A stretch of 64,000 bases of DNA from assembly GCA_964016885.1 (NCBI GenBank), contig OZ024749.1:17794001-17858000 (forward strand), given 5' to 3'. The notes beneath the pieces are model-generated. The model did no database searches, was not told where the DNA came from, and was given only the letters and a program-made list of their open reading frames with translations. The DNA comes from Eledone cirrhosa (lineage: Eukaryota). Shown here piece by piece: positions 37,215 to 51,200 of the stretch (the stretch's first letter is position 1; each line of letters begins with the position of its first letter). A program made the position numbers and the translations under genes.

Positions 37215-38908
37215 ATTGTTATACTTGGGGAGGGTCATATTTGTGTAATATTGCCAGAATTAATAACAGAACACACTCACTGTTTGGTTGGTTTACGCTT
37301 CTCGCTTCTGTGTCTTTTATATCGGTAATCTAACTTACTCGGTCCTCAATGTTGCCATTGACTGACCGACGATCAAAAATAATACAGATACAATATAGAC
37401 ACAAACACATATATATAGTTTATCATAAATCTTTCGTTGCACATCTGCAACATCGTCAGTGGTGTTATATTTTCCTCCTGTTGTATTGTATGTCTACGCC
37501 ATTTTTATTCAGTCTGTCTATATATTTATTTATTTATTTGCTTGTTTGTTTATTTTATTTTGTCTTCTTTGCGCATGCGTTTGCGTGTGTGTATAGTGTT
37601 TTGTTTGCTGTGTGATGGGTGACTAGTGTGTGTTTATGTGCTTGTTGTTATTGTGCTTGTGTATGTATTTATTTATTTATTTATTTTATTTTATTTACTT
37701 ATTTATACTTCTCTTAGGTCAGTGTTGTTGTTATTCCATTCATTCTTTCTGTTTAGCCTTGGTCTTCTAATTTCTATTTCACTGGCCTCTATGATTTGCC
37801 TATCTGCTGGGTCATTTCTATGTTTAGATATTATTCTAATTTGTATGTTACCGTCATGTTGTTGTCTAGCATGTTTGTATAGTACTGACCCGTTTTTTCG
37901 TCCTTTTAGTTCCCCCCAGTGTTGGTCTATCCTTTCACCTATGCTACGAGCTGTCTCACCTATGTATGTTATTGTCATGTTTCTGCAAGTACCCTCTGTA
38001 CATCTTATGCTATAGACTACGTTTCTAGTTTTACAGTTTATCCGGGGGTTCACCTTACATATGATACATTTCCTATTGGTACAGTGGGTTTTCTTAAAAG
38101 GGTAGGTTTTGCTGATCAGGGATTTTATGGTGGTTCCTGGCTTTTCTACCACCTTTATTTTTAAGTGGGTCTTTCTCAGGGCCTTTCTACACTGGTTAGC
38201 TAATTTCTCTCCAGGGGTGGCATCCTCAAACATGACACTCTGGTATCTCTGGTTGTCGTACCATGAGGTGGCTTTCCCTATCTTATGTCTAGCCCTATCT
38301 AAGCTATTCCATGATTTGCTCCTGTATAATGGGCAAATTCCTTTCATGTCCAGTTCTATGAGGGTCTTATACTTTTCCATGGCTCCTTCGTATACTCTGA
38401 CTCTGTCTCTTTGGTTGTAGCCAGAGAACTGCATGCGGTTGATGAAGTGTTGGATGTGTCTTTCCATTTCTGTTGGGTCGCACATGCGGGACACATTCTT
38501 CATCACTCGTACCAAATCTGCGATCAGAATATTAGGCTTAGCACTACTGGACATTGCTGAGTTTTTGAGTATCAGGTATTTGGAGGCCATGGGTTTAGCA
38601 TAGTGTGAGTGGAGAATTTGGGCTCTCTCGTCTATAGTGTTAATCCAGAGTTCTGTGTCTAATACAGGTAGTCTATTGTTAGGGTGTTTGGAAGGGAAGT
38701 CGATAGTTACAGTTATACTCTGGTGTATGGCATTAGCTATCTTGCTGGATGCTTTCCATCGTGCTACGTTCTAAATCAAACTTGTTAGTGCTCTCTAGTT
38801 GGGGTGTTCTTATAACTATAGTGATATCGTCTACATAACGAGAGTACATGATGAGGTCTATGGAGCTCTCATTAAGGAGATCTTTAAGTCTCCTTTCCCA
38901 CCATACCA
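37215..38908 (-). mobile_element. Penelope-like element (RT C-terminus, Cys motif, GIY-YIG), 5'-truncated
   Basis: YSRYVDDITIV; ORF 37703-38590 has CxxxxCxxC, VVYSIRC, YIGETARSIGERIDQH, RQIIEA, LNRKNEW; hammerhead downstream. Confidence 0.88.
37421..37465 (-). ncRNA. Minimal hammerhead ribozyme, slightly decayed
   Basis: acca-CTGACGA-T-GTTGCA-gatg-TGCAAC-GAA-AGATTT-A-tgat. Confidence 0.7.
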
Positions 38909-38971
38909 TGTATATATATATATACTTATATATACATATATATACATACATATACATACATATATACATAT

Positions 38972-39241
38972 GATGTGTTGTTTCCTTGAGCAAGACACTT
39001 TATTTCACATTGCTCCAGTTTACTCAGCTGTAGAAATGAGATGATAGGGACTGGGGTCCATATCATTCCACTGCAAAGTGGTCGTGGAGGTGCCACGGCA
39101 AAAAAGCACCCAGCACTCACTGTAAATGAGGTTGGTGTTAGGAAGGGCATCCAGCTGTAGAAATCAAGCCAGCATCAGTTCCCGTCCCACCCTTGCAAGC
39201 ATGGAAAAGCGGACGTAAAATGAAATGATGATGATGATGAT
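38972..39241 (+). mobile_element. 5'-truncated CORE-type SINE
   Basis: Matches 8083-8352. Confidence 0.88.
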
Positions 39242-39257
39242 ACATATATATATATAC

Positions 39258-39500
39258 GGTGGCTGCCAACTCGTTTTCGAGTACGGCCACTACTTTATAT
39301 CCATGTAGGAGAACCCCTACCAATGCGCTGAACGAGTGTGACTTTTTAGTCCAGCCTGCGACATGAAAACTCTGGTACAAACACTACACTTGTGACAATT
39401 ATTGACACCATGGTACCATGTGACGACAAGTGCAGAGAGATCTCCAGATATAAAGCAATGCCTGTGCCGTGAAGCTTTTATAGTGAGCAAAGGCACTGCA
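39258..39500 (-). mobile_element. 3' end of the C2H2-finger RTE-like family; shorter + strand copy at 39755-39853
   Basis: CSVCTRVFMSQAGLKSHTRSAHW*; matches 29496-29707. Confidence 0.7.
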
Positions 39501-39854
39501 CACATACATACACATGTACATACACACATACATATACATATGGATGCCTATACACATACAATCAAATGAAAATATTCCAATTACGGACTCAATACATGGT
39601 GTCTCATCGTTAGTAGTGGTGGTGGTTGGGTGTAATGGTTGATGGCGGTGATGGAGTTGGCGTCTAGTAGCTAGTGGTGTTGATGGTGGTGATGGTTGAC
39701 TGTAGTTGTTGATGGTGGTGACGGTTGGCTGTAGTTGATATATATATACCAAAAGGCTGGACTAAAAAGTCACACTCGTTCAGCGCATTGGTAGGGGTTC
39801 TCCTACATGGATATAAAGTAGTGGCCGTACTCGAAAACGAGTTGGCAGCCACCT

Positions 39855-39885
<31 letters not shown>

Positions 39886-40149
39886 GTATATATATTTATG
39901 TATATATATATATATGTATGTATATATATATACCAATATATATATACCGGCTGTGAGGGCAAGACGTGTTTTCTTGGGCTCTGCTAGAGTCAGCAGCCGC
40001 ACGCAACACACAACCACGTGTTGCTACACACAAGGGGAAAGAGAAAAAATTATGAGACCAATAGAGATATGTACATTTATATTTATATTTAAATATTGCT
40101 ATTATCATTTACAGTCCCTCTGTGTTTAATGTATGTTCATTAGTATATG

Positions 40150-40467
40150 TGTTGTTATTTCTGCTTACATTTTACATATACATATATATATATCTATGCT
40201 TGCGTGGACCCCTCTCAAAAAAAAAAATTGTTGGATTTTCTAATTGGATACCCCGAAACTGGATACCAACACTGAATACACCTGAACTTCTACCAGGAAA
40301 TCTTTCGTTGTTATTTCTGCTTACATTTTACATATATACATATATATATATCAATGCTTGCGTGGACCCCTCTCAAAAATTCGTTGGATTTTCTAATTGG
40401 ATACCCCGAAACTGGATACCAACACTGAACACACTGTATACACCTGAACTTCTACCAGGAAATCTTT
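40150..40467. repeat. ~157-bp tandem duplication
   Basis: gttgttatttctgcttac...gcttgcgtggacccctctc...ctaccaggaaatctttc twice. Confidence 0.85.
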
Positions 40468-40599
40468 CATATCATTGAAATTTTCTTTTCTTTGCTTCAT
40501 ATATATATATATATATACTTGTCCGCCATTGCAAAAGACCATAAATTCAAAATTTTGAAGAGAGAGGAAAAGAGATAAGTGATCTATGAACTTGTACAT

Positions 40600-41370
40600 C
40601 TCACTGAACCCCCGCCACCACAATAACAATAACGTCTACACTCGCTCCCCACCATCACCACAGTACTCATTACTCTATCTAAGGTGGCTGACCTGTTCCC
40701 TGTTGACATACAGCTGACTCTTTTGATGTATGTATGTGTATATACATATATAAATGTGTGTGTATATGTATGGATGCGACCAGATTTCAACACAGCAATA
40801 ACTACAACAACAACAGCAGCAACACCAACAACAACACCATTGTCTGTGTTGAATGTGTGTGTATGTATGTGTTTGTATATATGCGACAGCAATAACAGCA
40901 TCAACACCATTGTCTGCAGCAACAGTAGCAGTGAAATGAAGAACAACAACAACAGCGACAACAGCAACAACGACAACAACTACAGCACCAACAACTGCCA
41001 GCACCATCACTGACCATCCATCACCACCACACTTACACCATCCACCACCACCACACTGGCACCATCCACCACCATTCACCACCACCAACGCCATTGCCAG
41101 CGTAAAGCAAACAATTATTATTATTGTTATTATATACAAGCTGAACTGGACTGGGAAAGGTCAACAGTTGACATAATATTGATTTTGATGATTTTGATTT
41201 TGATTTTGTATTTGTATCAGTACTGTCGGTAATATATGTATATATATGTGTGTTTGTGAGTGGTGTGTGTGATTGTATGCATGAATGAGTGTTGGTATGT
41301 GAGTGGCGTGTGTGTGGTTGTGGTTTGTATGCATGAGAGTTGGTGTGTGAGTGTTTGTGTGTGCGTCGTG
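40600..41370. repeat. Low-complexity (CAA/CAG/CAC)n and (TG)n tracts
   Basis: Degenerate simple repeats. Confidence 0.75.
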
Positions 41371-41394
41371 TCAATAAGTTTTTTTTTTTTTTAT

Positions 41395-44300
41395 GACCAT
41401 GCTGTAAAATGGAGGGGTAGAGAGGGCCCTTGAGTCTAGTAAGACATCCTCTCTAGTGCTGGTGGCACGAATAAAAGCACCCAGTCCATGCTGTAAAGTG
41501 GCGCTGGTGTTAGGAAGGGCATCCAACCAGTGTATCAATGCCAAAACTCTTATCAGCACAGCAACAAATAGGAACAACAACAAAATATGAAGACGTCGCA
41601 TCTCAGAGTTGCAACACTTAATGTTGGCACTCTCAGAGATAGATCTGCTGAAATAGCGGAGATGCTGGAGAGAAGGCAGGTGGATGTGTGCTGCGTGCAA
41701 GAGGTGAGATGCGAGACTAGTCGTAGGCAAGCGTCTTAGCTATAAGCTATTCTGGGTAGGTAAGGATGATGGGCTAGGGGGAGTAGGCATTTTCCTGGCT
41801 GAGAAATGGATCAATAAGACAATAGAGGTAGTTCGAGTTAGTAATCGAATAATTAAGCTTAGATTAGTTGTAGGTAGGAGACTAATTGACAATCATTTCG
41901 GCCTATGCTCCCCAAGCAGGCCTAGGCAAAGATGAGAAAGACTGCTTTTATGAGCAACTTTTGCAAACAACCGCAATGACAGAGGACGGAGACATTGTTA
42001 TGCTAGCAGGAGACTTCAATGGTCATGTTGGACAGCTCCAGGATGGTTACACTGGGGTACATGGTGGGCACGGTTACGGTTCAAGAAATGAAGAAGGAGT
42101 GAGACTTCTTGAATTTTGTGATGCGGGTACATTGACTATTTGCAACACAAACTTCCAGAAACCTGCCAATCACCTAATAACCTACAAATCTGGTGAGCAC
42201 ATAAGCCAGATTGACTTCCTGCTAGTTAGGCAGCGGGACAGGCAGATAGTGTCTAATACCAAGGCATACCCTGGGGAAGAATGTACCCCACAGCATAGGT
42301 TAGTTGTTAGTGATATCTCAGTAAGCAAGAGATGGAATGAGACATATAGGAAGGTGTGGAGAAGAAAGGTCTGGAAGCTAAAAGACCTTTCACTAAAATA
42401 CAAATTTAGGAAAGCCCTTCAAGATGTATATGACGAAAAAGAAGACGATTTAGAGACGTATGACAGATAACTGGAATTTCTTACGTGACAACTTGCTGCA
42501 GGCTACTGATGAAACCTGTGGCTGGAGCAGAGCTCCAACCAGACAGAGAGTGACCTAGTGGTGGAACAGCACAGTAGATAAGGCTATTAGAGACAAAAGA
42601 CTAGCATGGAAGGCTTGGAAAAAGGGTGGGAGTAGGGAAGAATATACAGCCACTAAGAGAGAAGCTAGAGGTCAGGTGTACTTAGCACGCAGGGAGGCAG
42701 AGAGGAGGAGGTTTGCCAATGTTCTGCGATGGGAAGATCAGAGGCAGTGTGTCAATGCAAATCAGGATGTTGTAGGAGATAATGCCGGTGTACTTAGTGT
42801 CACGAATGATCAGAAAAAGAAGGCCTGGAAATGTCATTATGAGAGACTGATGAATGTGGAGAACGAATGGGAGGGAGAGAAATTACCCTTGGTGGATCCG
42901 ACAGAGGGACCAGCTATTGAGATTGACGAATATAGGGTCCAAGAGGCGATTAGGGAAATGAAAAATAGTAAGGCTGCCGGACCATCGGGAATAGTTGCTG
43001 AGATGCTGAAGGCATCAGGGGACGTAGGCACTAAACTGGTTGCACGCATCATCAATCAGGCTATATATGGTGGTGTCATACCCAAAGACTGGTGCAGCAG
43101 TATTCTCATAAATTGCTACAAAGGTAAAGGGGATGCTTTAGAGAGGAGCAATTATAGGGGTATAAAACTGATAGATCAGGTTATGAAAGTGGCAGAAAGG
43201 ATTTTGGGCACAACTAATTAGAGAAAGGGTCAAACTAGATGAGATGCAGTTTGGTTTTGTGCCTGGGAAGAGTACAACAGATGCCCTCTTCTTGGTGAGA
43301 CAATTGCAAGAGAGGTTCTTAGAGAAGAATAAGCCACTATACTTAGCCTTTGTTGACCTAGAGAAGGCCTTTGATAGGGTACCCCGATCTGTCATCTGGT
43401 GGTCCCTAAGGAAGCTAGGTGTTGAGGAATGGCTTGTGAGGACAGTGCAAACTTTGTACAGAGGTACTCTCAGTAAAGTCAGGGTAGGAATGGAGTTTAG
43501 TGAGGAATTCCAGATACAAGTAGGAGTACATCAGGGTTCGGTCCTCAGCCCGCTCTTGTTCATTATAGTCCTCCAAGCTATAACAGAGGAGTTTAAGACT
43601 GGCTGTCCATGGGAACTTCTCTACGCTGACGATCTGGTTCTTATAGCAGAATCAGTAGAGGAGCTAGAGAATAAATTCTGGCTATGGAAACAGCAGTTGG
43701 AAGCAAGAGGACTGAGAGTGAATCTAGCTAAGACAAAAGTGTTGATGAGTAGAAAAGAGAACAAAACCCTGATTCCGTCAGGGAAATGGCCATGTTCGAT
43801 ATGCAGAAAAGGAACTGGCATAAATTCTATAAAATGCACACAATGCAGATCCTGGGTACACAAGAGATGTAGCGGGATAGCAGGCAAATTAACAGGTAGA
43901 GAGAAATATGTATGCAGTAGATGTACAGGGAAATTAAACAGTAGAAGTCGCACTGATAGACACATTTTTCAAATGCAAGAGGGCGCTATAGAAGTGGTGG
44001 ATAGCTTCCGGTACCTAGGAGATCAGATTAGCATGGGAGGAGGGTGTTCCGAGGCCATAGTATCTAGAATAAGGACGGGTTGGAAGAAGTTTAGGGAGCT
44101 GCTTCCTCTGTTGACGAAGAAGGGTTTCTCCCTGCGTACGAAAGGCCGGTTGTATGATGCCTGTGTGAGGAGCGCGATGCTGCATGGTAGTGAGACATGG
44201 GCAGCAACTGCAGAGGATATGCGACAGCTGGAGAGAAATGAGGCAAGCATGCTCCTTTGGATGTGCAGTGTAAATGTGCGTGAACGACCCAGCATAAATG

Positions 44301-44617
44301 TGTTGAGATAGAAACTCTGTCTGAGAGGGATAGAATGTAGTGTACGGGAGAGGAGACTGAGGTGGTATGGACATGTGATGCGCATGGAGGATGACCAATG
44401 GGTGAAGAAGTGCCAGGAATTGCCAGTTGAAGGAAGACGTGGTAGAGGTAGACCACGAAAAACATGGGCGGAGGTGGTGAGAACAGACCTCAGATCATTG
44501 AAGCTCACGGTGGAGATGACGAGGGACCGTGACGAGTGGAGAGATGCTGTGCTGAATAAGACCCATCCCACCCTTGCAAGCAGGGAAAAGCGGACGTAAA
44601 ATGATGATGATGATGAT
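41395..44617 (+). mobile_element. RTE family C, near full length, decayed
   Basis: LRVATLNVGTL and CVQE at ~41600-41700; ORFs 41886-42470, 42676-43221, 43244-44311 (YADD, PHD-like finger) and 44375-44599; short 3' UTR with (GAT)n. Confidence 0.93.
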
Positions 44618-44947
44618 ACATATATAAATACATATATATAAACATATATATATATCATCATCATCATCATATATATACATATATATATAAATACATATAT
44701 ATAAACATATATATGATGATGAAACATATATATATATAAATACATATATATAAACATATATATATATATATATAAACATATATATATACCTATATATATA
44801 CACATATATAAACATATATATATATATACACATATATATATACATATATACATACATACACACATATATATATACATATATACATACATATACATTCATA
44901 CATATATATATATATACATATATATACATACATATATATACACACAC

Positions 44948-44980
<33 letters not shown>

Positions 44981-44981
44981 C

Positions 44982-45986
44982 ATATTTATTAAAATAACAG
45001 ATTAAAGTTTAAGCAAAGAATCGCTGCTTTCACCCTTAACGGGATCTTCTGAAACTAACAAAGTCAATCTGTTATATAACCCGTATGTTTTGTGAAGGTA
45101 TGTATACCTTCTCGTACGTATATTTGACTGTTATAGCGTATAATTTTTACATATTCTGGTATTTAGGGTTTGGCTATGTGTATACGGGAGTTTTGCGTCC
45201 GCGTGAGTGTGCAGGTTCGTACGTATGGTGGGTGTGTGTATATGTGTACTTCTTGTTTTAGTTGACTTACGTCTCCGAACATTCGTGTATTTATATGTAG
45301 GTATGCGTGTGCGCTTGTTATATACGTATTTATTTACTTATATACGTTTATATAATTATTTATTTATTTGTACACAAGCATACACACACACACATATTTA
45401 TATGTGCGTGGTTTTGTATACCCATGGTAAGGTTTTGCGTATGCTTGTGTATGTACGTATTTGTTTGCGTGTATGTATTTATTTGTTCCTATTACTTCTG
45501 TATTGTATTTATTTACTTTGTTCTTAACTCTGTAGCGGAGATTCATTTGGTCTCCTAGTTAGAATTTTAGTCTACGATTTCTGCTATAGCATTTACGTGG
45601 TTTTGTCTTTGCGTGCTATTGTTCTCCACGCTCCACATATGACTTATTATCTTCGTTTTTTCGTTCATTGCCAGAGAACGTCTCTATGCACCACCTAAGA
45701 GAACATTAGTCTACGACCTCTTTTATACCATAAACGTGGTTTTGTCTTTGCGCGTAATTGTTTTTCACCACTCCTATTAATGACGTATTATTCGTTTTTT
45801 CCCGTTCTTTGCCAGCGAACGTTACCACGAACCAAAGTATCGTCTTCCTGTCTTCCTCTGGTTGCAACATTTTTTGAAATATCCAGTTCTGCGTTTACAG
45901 ATTGACTTTGTTAGTTTCAGAAGATCCCGTTAAGGGTGAAGCTGCTATTCTTTGCTTAAACTTTAATCTGTTATTTTAATAAATAT
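44982..45986. mobile_element. ~1-kb element with ~90-bp terminal inverted repeats and an internal ~140-bp duplication
   Basis: 44982-45072 is reverse-complemented at 45897-45986; ttagtctacga...gaacgt at ~45567 and ~45706. Confidence 0.7.
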
Positions 45987-46070
45987 TTGCTCTACGGTTC
46001 TTATATATTTGATATATATTTTCCTTATCGAGCCCTCTTTGGATTTTAGTCTTCAATTTTATTATTATTA

Positions 46071-48240
<2,170 letters not shown>

Positions 48241-51200
48241 CCTCGCACTCTCTCTCTCTCTCTCTCCCTATAAATATATGATAGGAATTCACTTCGCCAA
48301 ATTTCATTTCTTTGCCTGCTGTCCGAACGAAAATCATGTAAACGTAATGTACAGACTTCATCTCTCTCTCTCTCTCTCTCCTAGCGTATTCTCCAAACAA
48401 TCCACATTTCGTATTTCAAGTCCAAATAGCCATTCTATCGCTAAAACAAACTACATTTTCTGTTCCTATTAAGTGCTAAATACGTTTAGGTTTTTGGACG
48501 TATTTAACTGAACAAATTTTGTATTTTTGTTAATCGCTTGTTAAATGCATAGACCCATCTCAATCATTACCTTCTTGCTAGCTACCCAACACCCCTCCCT
48601 CCCACCCCCACACACCACCATTGCTATTACGTGGACCAATCATAAAACAGCCCCCACGTATCACCAGTATTATTACGCGGACCAATCAGAAACCAGAGGC
48701 CTATACTATCGCTTGCCTGGTTGCCTTTCGATATACGATATATGATGGATGGATGGACTGCGGAATCCTGGAGAGTGGAGGTGAGAGAGAAAAATCTGGA
48801 CGCTCAGCGACAATGCCAAAGATAAAGACAAATTCACCCCTTGGACGAGAATGCGAGCACTCCTCATTGTTTCGACCGCGGACGGCTAACATAACCCCAT
48901 CGCCCCCCGCCCCTCACCGCCCCCAACCCCCAAACGCAATCCAAAACTTCAGAGTTGGTACCATAAATGTAGGCACCCTAAAGGGTCGCGCTAACGAGGT
49001 TGTAGAAATGCTTGAACGTAAGGAGGTCGATGTTTGTTGTATTCAAGAGACCAGGTGGAGGGGTGGGTCTGCTAGGTTCATTGAGGGTAAAAAACGTTGT
49101 TATAAGCTTTTCTGGGTGGGAAACGACGATGGGCTGGGTGGAGTAGGAATCATGGTAGCAGAAAAGTGGGCAGATAAGATAATAGACGTAAATAGAGTGA
49201 ACGACAGAATAATTAAAATACGACTTGTCCTCAATAGAACTACGGTGACAGTAATATCTGCGTACGCACCCCAATCCGGACTGCCCGGCACTATAAAAGA
49301 CAGATTCTATGAGACACTGATGCTAACTACCTCCCAAATATCCGACAGTGACTATATAATTATCGCAGGCGACCTAAATGGTCACGTTGGACAACATTGT
49401 GACGGCTACGACGAAATCCATGGAGGCTATGGGTTTGGTACTAGAAATGAGGAAGGCTCCAGAATCCTGGAATTCTGTGATGCAAATAACCTAACTATCT
49501 GTAACACTAACTTCAAAAAACGTGACAATCACCTGATCACCTATAGATCCGGGGAACACACAAGCCAGGTAGATTATATCCTTACCAGAAGACGTGACAG
49601 AGTGTCTGTTGTTAACACTAAATCCCTCCCCCATGAAGAATGCACCTCCCAACATAGACTGATAATTAGCGACCTCATAGTCAGGACGAGACGTACTCGA
49701 CAACAGAAGAGGACTATCCTCAGGAGGAAAATATGGAAGCTAAAGGACCCCACAGCCAGGAATAAATTTCAAAGCATATTACTTGATGCTTTCGACAGTA
49801 AGGAAGAACATTTAGAGTCGGACAATATAGAGGGAGAGTGGGAATTTCTGAAAGCAAACCTGCTGTTGGCGACAGACGAGGTCTGTGGCTGGAGCAGGCC
49901 TGTAGGCAGGAGGAGAGTAACATGGTGGTGGAACAGTAAGGTGGAGGGGTCAATTAAGGCCAAAAAGCAGGCTTGGAAAGTATGGCGGGATGGGGGAAGT
50001 AGAGAGGACTATCAAGTGGCCAGGAGGGAAGCTAGGAGACAAGTGTACTTAGCAAGAAGGGAAGCTGAGGAAAGAAAGTTCAAGCATGTTCTACAACGCG
50101 ATGACCAAAAACGTGAGGTGTTCAGGATTGCTAGGCAATGCGTCAAGGAAAACCGTGATATTGTCGGGGAGAAGTGTGTACTAAACGACGATGGCACACT
50201 TGCCATCACCGACGCTGATAAGAAGGTAGCTTGGAAGTGTCACTATGAAAGGCTTCTAAATGAGGAGAATAATTGGGAGAAAGGCAGTCTCCCCCATATC
50301 GACCCAATAGAGGGACCAGCAGTGTTAGTCGAGGGGAGTATAATAAGTAAGGCAATCAAGGATATGAAGACTGGTAAGGCGGCTGGGCCTTCGGAAATAG
50401 TTGCTGAGATGCTGAAGGCATCTGGCACGGTGGGACACACCATGGTCACCCGCATAGTTAACCAAGTCGTACAAAACGGGGTTGTTCCGAAGGACTGGCA
50501 TAGCAGCATCATCGTTAACTGTTATAAGGGTAAAGGAGACGCCCTAGATAGGAGTAACTATAGAGGCATTAAATTAATCGACCAGGTCATGAAGGTCACG
50601 GAAAGAGTAATAGCGCAACTAATCAGAGAGAGAATTGACCTAGATGAAATGCAGTTCGGGTTTGTGTCAGGCAAAAGTACCACAGACGCTCTTTTCATAG
50701 TACGACAACTACAAGAGAAGTACCTAGCTAAAGGTAAACCCCTCTACTTAGCTTTTGTCGACTTGGAGAAAGCCTTCGACAGAGTCCCCCGCTCCATTAT
50801 CTGGTGGGCTCTTAGAAAACTAGGCGTTGACGAATGGCTTGTGAGGGCTATACAAGCCATGTATAAAGAAACAGTCAGCAAGGTTAGAATTAACAACGAA
50901 TATAGTGAAGAGTTTAGCGTAAAAGTCGGCGTCCATCAGGGCTCTGTTCTCAGTCCACTACTATTTATTATTGCCCTTCAGGCCATAACAGAGGAGTTCA
51001 AGACAGGCTGCCCTTGGGAACTCCTATACGCAGACGACCTGACACTCATAGCGGAATCAATGGCCGAGCTAGAGAAGAAATTCCAAACATGGAAGCACGG
51101 CCTAGAGTCAAAAGGACTTAAAATTAACCTGGCTAAGACCAAAGTACTAGTTTGTAGGAAAGAAAACAAGGCGGCGGTCCCTTCTGGGAAATGGTCGTGC

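Noticed and set aside
40584-41374. ORFs rich in Leu/Val/Thr/His
   Set aside because: Translations of degenerate tri- and dinucleotide repeats.
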